A stretch of DNA of 61,999 nt, the filler included, from Dimargaris cristalligena (taxonomy: Eukaryota), in NCBI GenBank assembly GCA_003614675.1. It is 4 parts of 4 records of this genome, joined end to end, with 100 filler letters (N's around TTAATTAATTAA, not from the genome) between each part and the next. Parts side by side here need not be neighbours in the genome. Positions count along the whole stretch, not along the records: positions 1 to 15,456 come from ML002889.1; positions 15,557 to 30,986 come from ML002890.1; 2 more parts are not named here. The stretch is one strand, 5' to 3'. The translations under genes were made by a program, and so were the position numbers. Each line of letters opens with the position of its first letter. Position 1 is the stretch's first letter. This document shows, piece after piece, positions 13,547 through 27,216 of the stretch. Under the pieces are notes generated by a model. It did not search any database. It saw nothing but the letters and a program-made list of their open reading frames with translations, and was not told where the DNA came from.

Positions 13547-14527
13547 TATCTCAAAACAACAAACCAAAGCATAGAAGTCACCATCGCCCAGTCCCCCGGT
13601 TGATCACCAGCCTCCGTGGATAAGGTGTTTCCCATTTACGATAAATGCTTATGCAGCAAAGTCCCATCAATGGGCAACACTCATAGTACATTTCTGCCTA
13701 TTCAACAGCATCATCACCAAGCAGCTGTGATGATTATAGCTGTTATTTCTCAAATACAATCATTCACTGACAACTATACATTACCCATTCCATCCCTCCT
13801 TCCATATTTTCAGGGTCTTCATTCCAGCTTTTCCTGTAATCAGTGTGAGCTTGCCTCAGAAGCTCATCAGTATTTCAAATGTTTTTTTCTGAGATTTCAA
13901 TAAAATATTACTATATATGGGAGTAGTTCAATAAGGCTGTATAACAAAAAATCTGTTTAATGAGGCAAATACTACTGGTTGAAAATTAACATCCCACTGA
14001 TTTTCCCATACACATATCTGTTAAAACCTTATACAGCCGAGCGGAATTTCACCCATATATTTTTTTGTCAAGAATGTCCTGCGGATATATCAGCATAGGT
14101 CGGCTATTGGTTATGTTAGAAATTCATACCCTGGTTCCTACTATTTCTATATATTTAATTAGCTTATTTTATATTTGGTACTATATCATATCTATGATTA
14201 TATCAGTCCATGCTCAGAATATTGGTTTTATTTTGGTATCTGTTTTTATCTGACCCAGTAGAACAAGCCACAGGCATCTTGCTTTACCTCCTTTGGCTCC
14301 TTCTCTCTTCTATAATTATTTTAGGTTGCATTAGAAAGCAGCTACATTAGCCTTTCAGTTTATTGCTTAAATAAGATTCATATCCAGGGAGTAAAAATAT
14401 ATCCAATAGGACCATATGGCTTATTTATAGGGGTGTATTGAAACAAATGGCTCGTAATAAATATAGGTGAAGAAATGTGAGGGTAGTAATATTAAAATAG
14501 ACCAAACTACAAATTAAACTAATTATA

Positions 14528-15079
14528 TGTTGCCTAAGCTATCCACTCTTAGTCCGTTAAGAGTCCTGGGGGGGGGCTTCTAATGGTTGGTGGGGCTTAG
14601 ACTCAGCCAAGTGGTTACTAGTGTTATGGTGGGAGTGATTCTAACTAAATAAGGGATATGTGCAGGCTGAATGCAAGGGACATGCAGCAGCACACTTACT
14701 AGTCAGTACAAGAGGGTGAGCATATAGGGAGTTTATTGGGAGTAAACTATGAGGGTAAGAAATAAGCTAAGGAACTTAACCAGTCCCAGAGGGGCCTGGC
14801 TATTTATACATAGGGACTACTCATAATGAGAGGTCCCAAGGAGAATAGGATAAGACTAGAAGGAGTAAAGGAAGGAGTCTTAACCAGGTGGCCTTGCTTC
14901 CAGAAGACTCTTATGGGAACTGGAGGGTCATTAGATCAGCCAGTGGAGTGTTGTGTGTGAAGTATTAGGGGCCAGTCATAGAGGGTTATATAGTAAGGGT
15001 AGGTAATATGACTCTATAAGGCAGGATAGGGCAGGACAATCAGTACTTCAGTATTTAGGTGGCATTAGGAGGGTCAATA
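14528..15079 (+). mobile_element. Solo LTR, family 1 (divergent copy A)
   Basis: Starts TGTTGCC and aligns by eye with 34443, 39078 and the reverse complement of 46788-47368; ends GTCAATA (mutated ...CA); flanked by a TTATA 5-bp direct repeat (14523-14527 / 15080-15084). Confidence 0.75.
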
Positions 15080-15150
15080 TTATACATTAAGAATTTAATT
15101 CATAGAGAAGAATACTTCTCTGGATAGTAATTAGCTTTATATTTACAATG

Positions 15151-15387
15151 TGTTAGACTATCTAATTCCCCTTAATCTAGACACCTTAGTGTCTATCCCT
15201 ATTAGGCCTTATAGTACTATATTAACCTTCCCATAATTACACATAGTACTACAGGACCACCCTATATCATGTAACCCTTCCCCTTTTGGACTCTACCTCT
15301 TTACACTAATTACTCAAGTACTGATCCAAAGACTCTTCCAGATACTAGCAGCTGTCTAGTCAGCCTATTTACCTATATCTTAGTCTT
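15151..15387 (-). mobile_element. Family-1 LTR 3' half (copy E), interrupted by a family-2 repeat end
   Basis: Begins TGTTAGACTATCTAAT (reverse complement of an intact ...TCTAACA terminus); colinear with ~46788-47045. Confidence 0.75.
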
Positions 15388-15456
15388 TGTGGTGAACTTA
15401 CCACATTTTTTACCTACTTTTATTTTTTATCTATTTTTCGCACTTATCGGAAGTAT
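15388..15456 (-). repeat. Terminus of a second repeat family (family 2), running into the gap
   Basis: Near-identical reverse complement of ~46667-46735; terminal palindrome TGTGGT-GAACTT-ACCACA. Confidence 0.75.
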
Positions 15457-15556
15457 NNNNNNNNNNNNNNNNNNNNNNNNNNNNNNNNNNNNNNNNNNNN
15501 TTAATTAATTAANNNNNNNNNNNNNNNNNNNNNNNNNNNNNNNNNNNNNNNNNNNN
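15457..15556. other. Artificial contig spacer N44-TTAATTAATTAA-N44
   Basis: Exactly 100 nt with an all-frame stop linker; identical structure three times in the window. Confidence 0.97.
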
Positions 15557-15702
15557 CCCTTTAGTTACCATATCCCTAACTTAAACTTTACCATTCGAAA
15601 CCTGAACCAAACTGATCCATTTCCTCACCTCTTAGAAGCATTGGTCTGTGTGCCCTCCTCATCCCCACCCTCACATCCAACCAAACTACCTTCTCCCCCA
15701 TA

Positions 15703-16939
15703 ATGTCAGCCGCTCAGCCCAACTAAGAAACCCGCCCCATCCATTGCCCCAGGCATGTATGGCCCAAGGGGGCAAACTCGAACCCTACACATATACCCCC
15801 CGTCCCCTCGGTCCTCAAGACGTCGAAGTTGCCATTGGCCATTGCGCCATTTGCGGCACTGACAACGCTTTTGGCATCCCCCAGAAGTACCCCGTGGTGG
15901 TGGGCCATGAAATTGTCGGACGCGTTACTGACCTCGGGGCCGATGTCCACGACTTGAAAAAAGGGGATACCGTCTGTGGGCTACATTTGTAAAACCTGTG
16001 AAAATGGGGACTGTGAAAGCTGTAGTAAGGGCCGGGACGCTTACTGCACCCAGATGGTCCTGACTTCCAGGCACCAATACAGCGACGGCTCGCCCACTCG
16101 GGGCGGTTTCGCCAGGTAAGTATTTTCACGAGTCCCGATATATGGGGTGCAGGTTATCCTGCCTTTTTTTTTCTTAAAAAAGCACCGGAATACGGTTTAT
16201 GATTAACAGTAAGCGGGAAAAAACTACGCAAATATGGCTAACCATGATAATAATGTCCACCAACACCGCCTACTTTCCTACGCCCCCTCCATTTTTTAGT
16301 GCGATCCGGGTCCAGGCCAAACACGCCACCCGTGTTCCAGCGCAGCTGGACCCCGCCGAAGCCGCCGCTTTAGTGTGTGCTGGCGTGACCGTTTATGTTC
16401 CCCTGGTCCGCTTCCAGGTGAAGCCGGGTGACCAGGTGGGGGTGATTGGCATCGGTGGCCTGGGTCACCCGGCCCTCCAATTCGCGCGGGCCCTGGGCGC
16501 CGATGTGACGGCGTTTACCTCCAAAGACAGCAAACGGGACAAATGTATCCGTCTCGACGCCCACCGTGTGGTCAATATCAACGACGCAGACCAAGTCCAG
16601 GGCGCCGCCAATTCCATCGACTTTATGCTCGTGGCTAGCAACTCACCCCACCTGGATTGGAATCAGTTGGCGACTTTTATGGCTATGCACGGTAAAATCG
16701 TGGTGGTGGCCGCCCCCGAAGTGCCCATTAGCTATAGATTGTCATTTTTTATTATGAAGGATATTCAAATCAATACGTCGTTGGTGGGAAGCATAAGCGA
16801 AATCCAACAGACGTTGGAGTTCGCGGCCCAACATGATATCCATCCTATCATCGAACGTCTAGATATGAAGGACTGTAACGAGGGATTACAGCGTATGCGC
16901 GAGGGCAAGGCTCGCTACCGTGTGGTGTTGTCCAACTAA
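15703..16939 (+). pseudogene. Disrupted copy of Zn-dependent (CAD/ADH6-like) alcohol dehydrogenase
   Basis: Compared with 19357-20666: TAA at codon 8 (15724), +2 nt at ~15748, 15-nt deletion at ~15863 (ISQID lost), -2 nt at ~15977 giving a stop at 15990-15992. Same intron position; exon 2 still open. Confidence 0.8.
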
Positions 16940-19356
16940 CCGATTCGCTGCTGTACCCCCGGTGGATGCAGCCGCCTGTCCACGGATGGTGTTTACGGAA
17001 GTTTAGCGTAAACATCATTACCAGCCAGGCTCCTCTGCCTGGGTAAATACTGTATCCGAATAAACTCCCCTTTCCGATATTATAATGACATTTCTTAGAG
17101 CAGCCAACGCCTCAGTGGCTGAAATATCACACTTAAGAGCTGAGATGAAAGGTCAAAGGGCTAGTCCTAATTACGGGCAAATTGGTCTACCCTTTACTAT
17201 AATCATCCACTGCGTAAAATAATGTGGACCTTCAAAAGCAGAAGGTATAAGCAATACTATAATTATACGACAGTGAAAATTGTATAAAAATGGGAATGGC
17301 ACCCTTGGCGGGGATATTCGGGTAGCATGGGTCAGTTACGCGCTTTTCATACATGTGTAGTGCTACATAGTGCATAATTGTATAAAAATCATTCGCCTAT
17401 TGGCTTTTTTCATCCCCTTCGATTTCTATCAGAACCAGCGATAAATGTTTATTTACACGGTTGTTAACCAACAGATATATCGGACATTACCTATTATTAA
17501 CTTAGCACTTTTACAATATTTGTTCTGTTAGGGTGCGGTCAAACGATTAATCGCTCGACCAATCTATCAGTAGGGTTAGTAATAATTCATATCATCGTTG
17601 AATCCAATAGTATTGGTATCTTTACCTATATTTTGTCCCTAGCTCTTATTATTACTGCTTGCCGTAGATATATCAGCAACCGATTCATTCAAACGATTTT
17701 ATCATTACTAACAAATATTCTAAACCAACCGATTGACAGTTTCTTCCTTTCTTTAGTACCACCGCTACTCAATTCTAAAAATATTTAAACTGAGAGTTCC
17801 AGTCGGATTCAAGGAAAAATTAGTCAGTCTTATAGCTCGAGTTTACTTATATTTTGCCCTTATATCTTCATAAATTCCCAAGTTAGTTTATTTTGTAATC
17901 CTTGCAGATTCTCTTTGCTTCTATTTGGAAATCTTTACACAATATCATTGACCATCTCTTAGTTACTCTACCCTTCCATAAATAAATTCGTAAAAAACCA
18001 CAATATCTTACCCCAGGTAGATTTCCCCCAAGGTCCCTATGATGAATCCAAACCTCCCACTGAGAACCCCGGTTTTTCAACCCAGAGACCCCAAGTATCT
18101 CTTCGAGTAATTTGGAGGCATCCACGGTTCATTTCTTCCCTCTAGTTATAATTTAACTAATATAATACCGCATATCCCAATTTTGTAATAAAATGGCCTG
18201 AGAGTAGCTTGAATGTACCCTATTAGTTGCGCAATATACCATAGCAAGACCCATACCAAGAGCTCTTGCGATTTTCCAGCATCCATTGCTATTATTGGGG
18301 TTCTGGAAGATATTCCATTTGTTAGCCTTACGGACGGGTCTTATAGTGGGTAAAAAGGGCAGTTAATAGAAAGGGAGGAATAGCAAATGGCAAATATAGG
18401 AAAAGACTATGCAGTATACGAAACTTATCTTTGTTAACATCCAAGGCCAAAGAAAATAAAAATGCAATTTTTTTAGTAACTTGAAAAAGTGTATCAATGC
18501 ACAGGTCATTTTAAAGCCCCTATACCATGTTATCAAATATATTTATAGACGCATAGATTATTATATATAAACTAGAGAATCAGGGCTTTCTCCTAGTGGT
18601 TAAAAATTATCCCCGACCTTATTAGATGCCGAGTAATTACTTCGCAAAATCAATGAGTGGGAAGCATTGAACATGGTTCGTAATGTACAAGTAAAGTGAT
18701 TTTAGTAGTCATTAAGTCTAAAAAATATATACACGGATATTGGGTTATACCGGCTAATGTAATCGGATAGGCTGGCGGACTTTATCACCTTCGGTGTTAT
18801 GCAGCCAATATTAAACATAGGGATTGTGTACATTTTAATTGGACTTGATAAGAGCAGAAACGCTCTGACAATTACCAAACCAGCTAATCCATGGTTTCAG
18901 TTGTGATGGATAATTTATTGCCCGCCCCGCCCAATGTTTTACTTTGCTTAGCCGAAGTGGGAATTCATCACCACCAACCACGCTGACCACCTAAGCCGGA
19001 ATTTGGGCATAGCACCCTTCCGCGTCCCCCATTAATCCATACATATAACCGTTAACGAGTCTATAGAAATTCCATCTTTGTGAATATGAGGTTGCCCATT
19101 ACTGGTCCCCATTATTAATTTGGCATTCCAATGGCTGCGCCGGTTTAGCCGGCGTATAGATGATTCGTCTATTAATGGGTTTATTTCCATTTATTATCGG
19201 ATAATAGGCGTCCCTTTAACCTACCCATCCTTAACTCACACTTTACTAATCGAAAACCAAACTAAATTGATATATTTTCTCACCAAGTAGCAATATCTAT
19301 ATAGTCGCGTTCCCTCACCCCCACATTCTGCCATAACCACCAACCTTTCTTCTACA

Positions 19357-20666
19357 ATGCCGTCCGCTCAACCCAGCAAAGAAACCCGTCCCATCGACTG
19401 CCAGGCCTGCATGGCCAAGGGGGCCAAACTCCAACCCTATGCCTACACTCCCCGTCCCCTCGGTCCCCATGACGTTGAAATTGCCATTGACCACTGCGGG
19501 GTCTGCGGCACTGACATCAGTCAGATTGACAATGCTTTTGGCATCACCCAGTACCCCTTGGTGGTGGGCCATGAAATTGTCGGACGCGTTACTGACCTGG
19601 GCGCCCACGCCCATGATTTGCATAAAGGGGACACCGTCTGTGTGGGCTACATTTGCGCAACCTGTGAAAATGGGGATTGTGACAGTTGTATTAAAGGCCG
19701 GGACGCTTATTGTCCCCAATCGGTCTTGACTGCCGGAGGCCAGTACAGCGACGGTTCGCCCACCCGGGGCGGTTTCGCCAGGTAAGCAATCTATCTATTT
19801 TTATCATACACGTTTTTGATCCCCAACCACACACATATATATATATATATGTAGCCTTTCTAAAAAACACTGGAACGTGGATTATAATTAAACGCAAGTA
19901 ATAAGCAATTACAGATGTGCCTAACCATGATAATAATGTCCGCCACCACCACCCACTTTACTACATTATTACACCCCATAAACGATATACCTCTCCATTC
20001 CCCCACTCCCTCTTCTCTCTCTTTAGTTCCGTCCGAGTCCAAGCCAAACACGCCATCCGCGTTCCCCCGCAGCTGGATCCCGCCGAAGCGGCTCCTTTAG
20101 TATGTGCCGGTGTGACCGTCTTCGCCCCCATGGTCCGTTTCCATGTGCAAGCGGGTGACCGAGTCGGCGTGATTGGTATCGGCGGCCTAGGTCACCTAGC
20201 CCTCCAATTCGCGCGGGCCCTGGGCGCCGACGTGACGGCGTTTACCACCAAAGACAGCAAACGGGACGAATGTACCCGTCTCGGTGCCCACCACGTCGTC
20301 AACATCAATGATGCGGACCAAGTCCAGGCCGCCGCTGATTCCATCGATTTTATGCTCGTGGCCAGCAACTCGCCCCACTTGGACTGGAATCAGTTGGCGT
20401 CTTTCGTGGCGTTGCACGGTAAAATCGTGCTGGTGGCCGCTCCGGAAGTACCCATTACCCTGAATGCCCCACCCCTCATTATGAAGGATATTCAAATCAA
20501 TACGTCGCTGGTGGGCAATATGAGCGATATCCAGCGGACGCTGGAATTCGCGGCCCAACACGATATTCATCCCATGATGGAACGTCTGGATATGAAGGAC
20601 TGTAACGAAGGATTGCGGCGTGTGCGCGAGGGCAAGGCCCGCTACCGCGTGGTGTTGTCGAACTAG
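19357..20666 (+). CDS. Zn-dependent medium-chain alcohol dehydrogenase (cinnamyl-ADH/ADH6-like), 2 exons, ~354 aa
   Basis: Exons 19357-19781 + 20027-20666 (1065 nt). Motifs: CGVCGTD, VVGHEIVG, structural Zn Cys cluster, APLVCAGVT, GIGGLGH, GKARYRVVL. Confidence 0.92.
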
Positions 20667-21180
20667 CCGATTCGCTTCTGTGCTCTCAGTTGGTGCCGCC
20701 CCCCGTCCACGGATGGTGTTTACGGAATTTCAGCGTAAACATCATTACCAACCAAGCCCCTACTTGGGTAAACACTACATTCGAATAAACATCTCTTTCC
20801 AGTATTTCGGTGATACTTCTTAAAGCAGCCTACGCCTTAGTGGCTGAAACATCACCCCCAAGAGCTGAAATGGAAGGGCAAATTGGGTTACCCTTTACTT
20901 TAATCACTCACTGGGTAAAATGATACGAACTTCCAAAAGCAGAAGGTATAAGCGATACTATAATTATGCGACAATTAAAAATGGCTGATAATACTCATTG
21001 ACAAGGGGGTATATGTGGCAATGGCGATGGAACCGTAACAAATATATATCAGGTGTATATGTAAAATGAAAATGTTAAAAAAAATGAGAATGGCTCTCTT
21101 GGGGAGGGGGGGATATTCGGGCGGTATGCGTCAATTACGCTCCTTCCAACCTCACGTGCACACGCCAGATTGAGGTTTAG

Positions 21181-23917
21181 TTAGCCCTTGCGCCACTTTT
21201 TACCATAGACGGTAAAATTGAAAATGGGGTATTGCCCATCCCCCTCTTCCGTGTAAAGCTGGTAAGTAGCGGTAGGTTGGTCTGGGTTGGATTGGGTGTC
21301 CACGGTAAATATACCGAACTTAGTATTCCCCTCCCGGCGGTAGAAGATGGAGTCATCCAAGTCGGTGGTCGTGTTGAACGAATCGAACAAGGGTACGTAA
21401 AATTGGTTGACCGGGCTGGTCGAGAAATCAATGGGACGGTCGTCGATGCTGAGTTCGTCGTAAAGGGCCACAGCGTGAGCCACGGGCCCGGGAGGGTTGT
21501 TATGGGAGGAGGGGGTATCGTCACCATCCGATTCGTTAGTGTGGGCCCAACGGCTATGCGGGTCGTGGTCATCAGCTTCGTCGCCTCCTTCTTCGTTGAG
21601 TTGGTCGAGTATATCCTCCCCTGATTCATCGGCGTCATCGTGACCCAGATAATCGTCGGTGATTTCCTGGTGGACCCGCCGGGCCAAACTCCGGTAGTGT
21701 TCGACGGTTTCGGGTATACCCAGGCGAGTCACCGACGCCTCGTGGCGGTCACCCGTGAGGAAAATCACATTGGGGACGGTGGCCACCACGCGGAGGATCT
21801 CGGACCGCTCGGTGAGATAGCCGGCCCAGGTATCGGTCTGTCCATTGGCCCAGACCCAGTTTTTAGTCAAGGGCACGGACGAGGCAATGAATTTAAAGGC
21901 GTGGGTATGGTTCACCGCCCGCAGCCAGTCGAAGAGGTACTGCTTTTGTTCGGCCCCTAGCATAGTTTTGTTGGCCGAGTCAGGTTGGCGAATATGACTC
22001 CGGTAGCGCCGGGCGTCCATGACGAAAAAGGCCACGTCGCCGTATTCGAAATCAAAGTAAGTGGGGCGGCGTTGGTTGACGGGAAGGGAGGTGGACGAGG
22101 CGGAGGGTGCGTCACTGGGCATCGCGGCCATTGCTTCCGAAGAAGTGTCTTCGGCACTGGCATTATTATGGGCGCCCTGGTCGGACCCCTCGGCGGGATT
22201 GGGCGACAGGCGATTCCAGAGGGAGGCGATCAATGCCCGCGAGTTGGCAAATAGGGGGCCCACCGTTTCGGAGTATAGGCGGTTAACCATAGCGGCATAG
22301 CGGCGAGTCAACGAACCGGCGTTTTTGCCCTGGCCAGGGGCATCGGGATTAGCCCAACCGTTGTATTCTTCGTAGGCCCGCAGGGCGTTGGACATGGGGA
22401 AGGCGTCCCGTCGATCCCAGTCGTTCAGAATCTCGTGGTCGTCGTAAATGTGGATGGTGGGGATTTTCTGCAGGTAGGGGAGGGCATCGGGGTCGCTGTA
22501 GACTTGGCGGTACAGGCGGCGGTAGTCCTCGAGGGCGGGGCCAAAGAAATAGGGCACATCGGCGTAGATGAAATCGCCCAGGAAAAGCATAAATTCAATG
22601 GGGTGGCGGCTCAAGCGGCGCAGCCCGGGTAGCCGGGAGGTAGACATGGGTACATAGGGGAAGTTGGGTTTAATGCAGGAACCCGTGCCGAATTGGAAGC
22701 GAACCCCGGGGGAAGTCAACGACGAGGCCGCTTGGGCGGGGGTCAGGCGTACGGGGGCGGTGCGGAAAACCACGCGGTTGATTTCCGTCTCGGTGGCATT
22801 AGCGAATCGGCGGACCCCCTTGACGGCGTAGTAAGTACTGGGTTCCAGGGTGGTGAACTCGGCCACCTGGACAAAATCCTGGTTAGCCGGGAAGTTCAAC
22901 TCCAGGGCATAGGTCCATGGGACTCCCTCCGAGGCCTGGGTGTCACTGGAGACGGTCTCCGCCGGGTGGAGGATGCGATCCATAATGGCATCACGACTAA
23001 CCGGGTCTTTGATGGCCAGTGGGGTAGTCCATAACTGCACCGACGAAGCTTCGGGGTCGCGGACCAGAACCTTGGCGCCCTGGGGGGTTAGGGCCCCCAC
23101 CCGCATAAAGGCCAGATCATGGGCGGGCTGGAACAGGTACGGCACAAACGCAAAATCAAACACGAAAGAGCAGGCCACGATGTTCAGAAGACTGAGGATC
23201 GATTTTACGGCCCGCATGCGTGGGGAACGGAAAGCCACTTGGCTAAACGGAGAAATGGTCGCCGTGGGACCGTCGGCCGGTGTGTCTGAGGAGGGGTTAG
23301 CCGCAGCGGCGACGGCGGAGTTGCCCGTACGCTGGCGAGCCGAGGAAGCCGGGGTGGAGGCTACGGCTGATGATTGGCCTTGGGCCTTATCTTTACGCTT
23401 AGACGATCGGTAGTATTTAGGGCGCTGGGGAACAACGGGTTGGGCCCCACGCAAGCGCCAGAGTAGCCAGTATATCCGGAGCTGGATGAGAAGCAGCACT
23501 GTGACGCATGCTCCGATAATGTAAATGGCCGGTCGCCCCGGAACCCTGCGAATGGGAAAGTATATATATATATATATATAATTTGAGGGGAGGTTAGTCT
23601 TTGCTAGGCAGGGCCGATTCTTGTAGCGAACTCCAGGGGGTAGGTGTATTTAGTTTGAGAATTGCCCAGTGTTTATTCAGTGGATAAGACCAAAGAGGCC
23701 TAAGATTGATAGGAAGGGGGCAGACCTAATAGGGGAACCCCCTCCCCATATTGAAAAGGGGCGAGCGGAGTGTGGGCCAGTGGTTCTTTGATTTTTTAGG
23801 AGAAAGGTGAGTGAGTACACTTAGGCAATGAGTTACTTACCAACGCAAGAAAAAGTGGGAAACGACCAGGTTAAGCACGGAGACTACGATATACAAGACC
23901 TCGAGTGTGGAAGCCAT
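21181..23917 (-). CDS. PhoD-like alkaline phosphatase with N-terminal transmembrane segments, 2 exons, ~813 aa
   Basis: Exon 1 23917-23841 (MASTLEVLYIVVSVLNLVV...) splices GT-AG in frame to 23545-21181. Motifs: GSC, FLGDFIYAD, YDDHEILNDW, DARRYR, MLGAEQ, DTWAGY, LTGDRH. Confidence 0.88.
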
Positions 23918-24448
23918 GGCGACGGGTATATTTATGCGAATACGCTATACTAAGGACGAAACAGGTAGAAAATGAGTCGAAGTTGCGGACAAAAACGGCC
24001 GAAGCCGCGGTGGGGGGATGGGGGGAACTTAGAAAGGGGCAAAGAAGGAAATGGGCAGGTCCGTTGGTATAATAATAACAAAGGCAACGGAAATACAAAA
24101 GGAGGGAGTACTATAAGGAGTCGCCGTATCACCCGGAAAATGGCAGCGCATATATTTAGGCGGAACGGGGAGGAGACAGACATCATACCCAAATGCTGAT
24201 GCTGTCTAATCTTACAATAATACCACAGTCTCGCTTCCCATTGGTGCAGCCCTGGCCGAGAAATAGCCCAGTTTTAGGTTTGTGGGGGGTTGCCTATACT
24301 ACACAACCGACGAAGAGACCTCCGCTATATACTCTACTCTACTCCGCTTTCCTCATTGAATCTCTGGGCCATTCCAGCTGCACCGCAACCTCCTCCTTTG
24401 TCTCACGACCCAACCCTGCGTTCCTTGACCACCCAACGACCCGTCACC

Positions 24449-26698
24449 ATGGCCGCACCCGTTGCCCAATTGGACCTAGAGCCCCCACAACGCTACCAGG
24501 GCCGCTGCCCCGCGTTCCGCCAACCCACCGAAATCATGTCCTTTAGTCTGGACGACAACCGGGACATGCACTTTGACGATCGCGCATTGGTAGGTGTAGC
24601 TCAAACGGACCATCGCCTGGCCCTCCCTAGTGGCCTGTGTATTGGTTCCCTTATACCCAAAAGTGTGCACCCTTTATGCAAGATAGAGGTGATTGGTACC
24701 TTACCTCGTCTGACGTCCCCCCACTCTGACGCCCCTGGTGGTCTCGGTTGGCCCATATGGCTGCCCCTGCCTGGCACCCCATCTCTTTATTTTATTTTTG
24801 GCAATATAGAACTGCTATTATCCTGCTGATATGGGCACCGATTTAACCAAACGATATGAGACCTTCAAGGCCCGCGATATGTCCATCAACGAACACCTGG
24901 ACCACCTACTGGCCGGTCTGGTCCATGCTCGACAGACCAATTTACAACAACTTCCCAGTCGCCCAGATTTTGTAAGTATTGACTATCCACTCACCCCGAA
25001 CGGGTAGCACTAGCTAGTTAGCCACTCAATCCGTAATCAGCCGTCTCACCCCCCCAGTCACGGGGCCCCTCTCTCCTAAGCAAGGCTCTAATCAACCTAA
25101 CCATTAATGACCCCCCCTCCTACCCATCCCTCTGGCCGACCCGTCACACCTGCTCCATCCGAACTCTAGGTGACCTTTCGTGGCATTATGACCCGCATCA
25201 TGTACCTTCCCTATAACACCCGAGAGGACTGGGAACTCGGCGCTACCCGGTTTAATGGCACCGTCTACTTGGAGGACCACCTGACCCCCGCCCGCCTCCG
25301 CCAGCAGCAGGACATGAACCACCACCACCGCCTCCTGTCCTACTCGGGCTACCGGTTTGAGACGGTATCCACCGTACCCGTCGAACCCGACCAGATTCGG
25401 GGCCCAAACGACCCCATCCTGCGGGAACGGCATGACCAAGATACTAATAATATGGCCGAATTCAACTGCATCTTCCAAACTAAACTGGGAAACCACTCGA
25501 TTATCATGGGCGCCGAAGTGGATTGCGTATCGCGTAAGTATATCAAATGTTACATACATATATATATATGGCGCAGCTGGTGTTGTAATAGCGCAAAGGG
25601 GAAGTGGGAGGGGCAGCTTAAGAGAAAGGCCCGAAATTTCTGAGAGATGGGTATATTCCACTGTATGTGATCTTGCTGTGGGGATCGCCATCAAACGACT
25701 AAATACTGAAATGTTATTATTTGGCTCACGACAATTCCCCTCACCATAATCAGATGGCCGACACAAAGAAGGACGGGTTGGTCGCTATATGGAACTCAAA
25801 ACCAGTGCCGTGATTAATAACGATCGGCAGCGCCATAATTTCGAAGCGTAAGTAGAACTCCTTTCACAATAGATGAATACGACTGTTGCCCATATGGATG
25901 GGCTCCCTATACACCCCAATCTTTCGGGTATGACAAGGGGGATATGCCGAAATCAACTGAACTGCGGGGCTTCTCTATACATAATCATACCCATTTGTTG
26001 TGGAAATAATTTTGGTATACCCGCCCATCATTAGCCCATTACATGCTAAACAGCCCGGTCACAAGACCCGCGACACTTATATTCAGCTAACAACAATATA
26101 TGATAATATTGCTATTTGATTATTTTGATCACCCCACCCACTTCCCCCCTCTAGTAATAAGTTGCTCAAATTCTACATTCAATCCTTCTTAGCCGGAATT
26201 CCCAAAGTCGTAGTCGGATTCCGGGACCACAATAACCGCCTTCGGGAATTATGCTATTTAAAAACTTTGGAAATCCCCCGGATGGTTCGACAGCAGCAAC
26301 TCTGGGTAAGCCTATCTAATTAGAAACCTCCATATTCATCCGCCTCTGTAAGGGTAGTTGGCCATACTACCTTCATGTGGCCTTGCACCTATGTCACCAC
26401 CACATACCTACAACGTGCCGTCCCTCTCCCTCTCTCTCCAATGGATCGGTGTTTTTATTTGCACGTTTATTAACCCTATCTCCCCTATTCATCGTGGGTT
26501 ACTTAGGATCCGACCGTCTGTTTGAGATTTGCGGACCAATTTCTTACCTGGCTTGGTCAGGTCATTACCGAAGATGACCCCAATACCTCGTATACCATTA
26601 AATTCCAGTCCTCTACCCGATCAGTCCAGGTGGTTTATGAAGGCCATCAGGGTGGATTTTTACCCTCCGAATTTGTACAGACCTTCCGGTCATGGTGA
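24449..26698 (+). CDS. RAI1: RAI1/DXO-family decapping nuclease, 6 exons, ~367 aa
   Basis: Exons 24449-24589, 24810-24971, 25170-25533, 25754-25847, 26155-26305, 26507-26698 (1104 nt). Motifs: DFVTFRG, SYSGYRFE, GAEVDC, YMELKT, KLLKFYIQSFLAGIPKVVVGFRD. Confidence 0.9.
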
Positions 26699-27216
26699 AA
26701 CTCGTGATTATTCCCGGTGCAGTCCCTTACATCAACAAAATGATGGTAGCCTGATCAAACGAACTTACCAGATGACCTGTTACCCATCTCCTTCTTTCCA
26801 TAGTTAGTTACAGGAATAATAATTTAGTCTATTCGAAGTAATTTATAATGAATCGGTGTTGGGGAAGAAATAATGCTACAAATGAATCGGTAAATTAAAT
26901 GAACTAACGATACAGGGTGCGAGTGAGCAATAAAATTAAAAGTAAGGGCGCATGGGTAGGTACGGGGGTAAAGCAAAGGAAAAGTTAAGGAGGGGCAAGC
27001 CATTGGGTTTCCCGAAAACAAATACTAGGCCTATGTTTAGTTTTGGAGATCGACCAGCGTACCTCACAAAACACAATCAGAACCTAACTAACTAAAAACC
27101 ACTGATTGGATTGAACGGGCCATCTGGGAGAAAATCGATGCGAGTTGGGACTGATCAATTCGGGCAATTTAAGCATGCGGAAATAATAATGGTCCACCTG
27201 GTTCACATTGAATAAA

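Noticed and set aside
15501-15512. TTAATTAATTAA repeated three times as a biological motif
   Set aside because: Always centred in a 100-nt N block; it is an assembly linker.
17100-17190. tRNA-like GCCTCAGTGGCTGAA (also ~20830)
   Set aside because: No T-loop GTTCRA or cloverleaf; its recurrence is explained by the ADH duplication.
17880-18330. Possible LINE reverse-transcriptase relic (RYLG on the minus strand)
   Set aside because: Only a 4-residue motif among stops and frameshifts; no YADD motif found; needs BLASTX.
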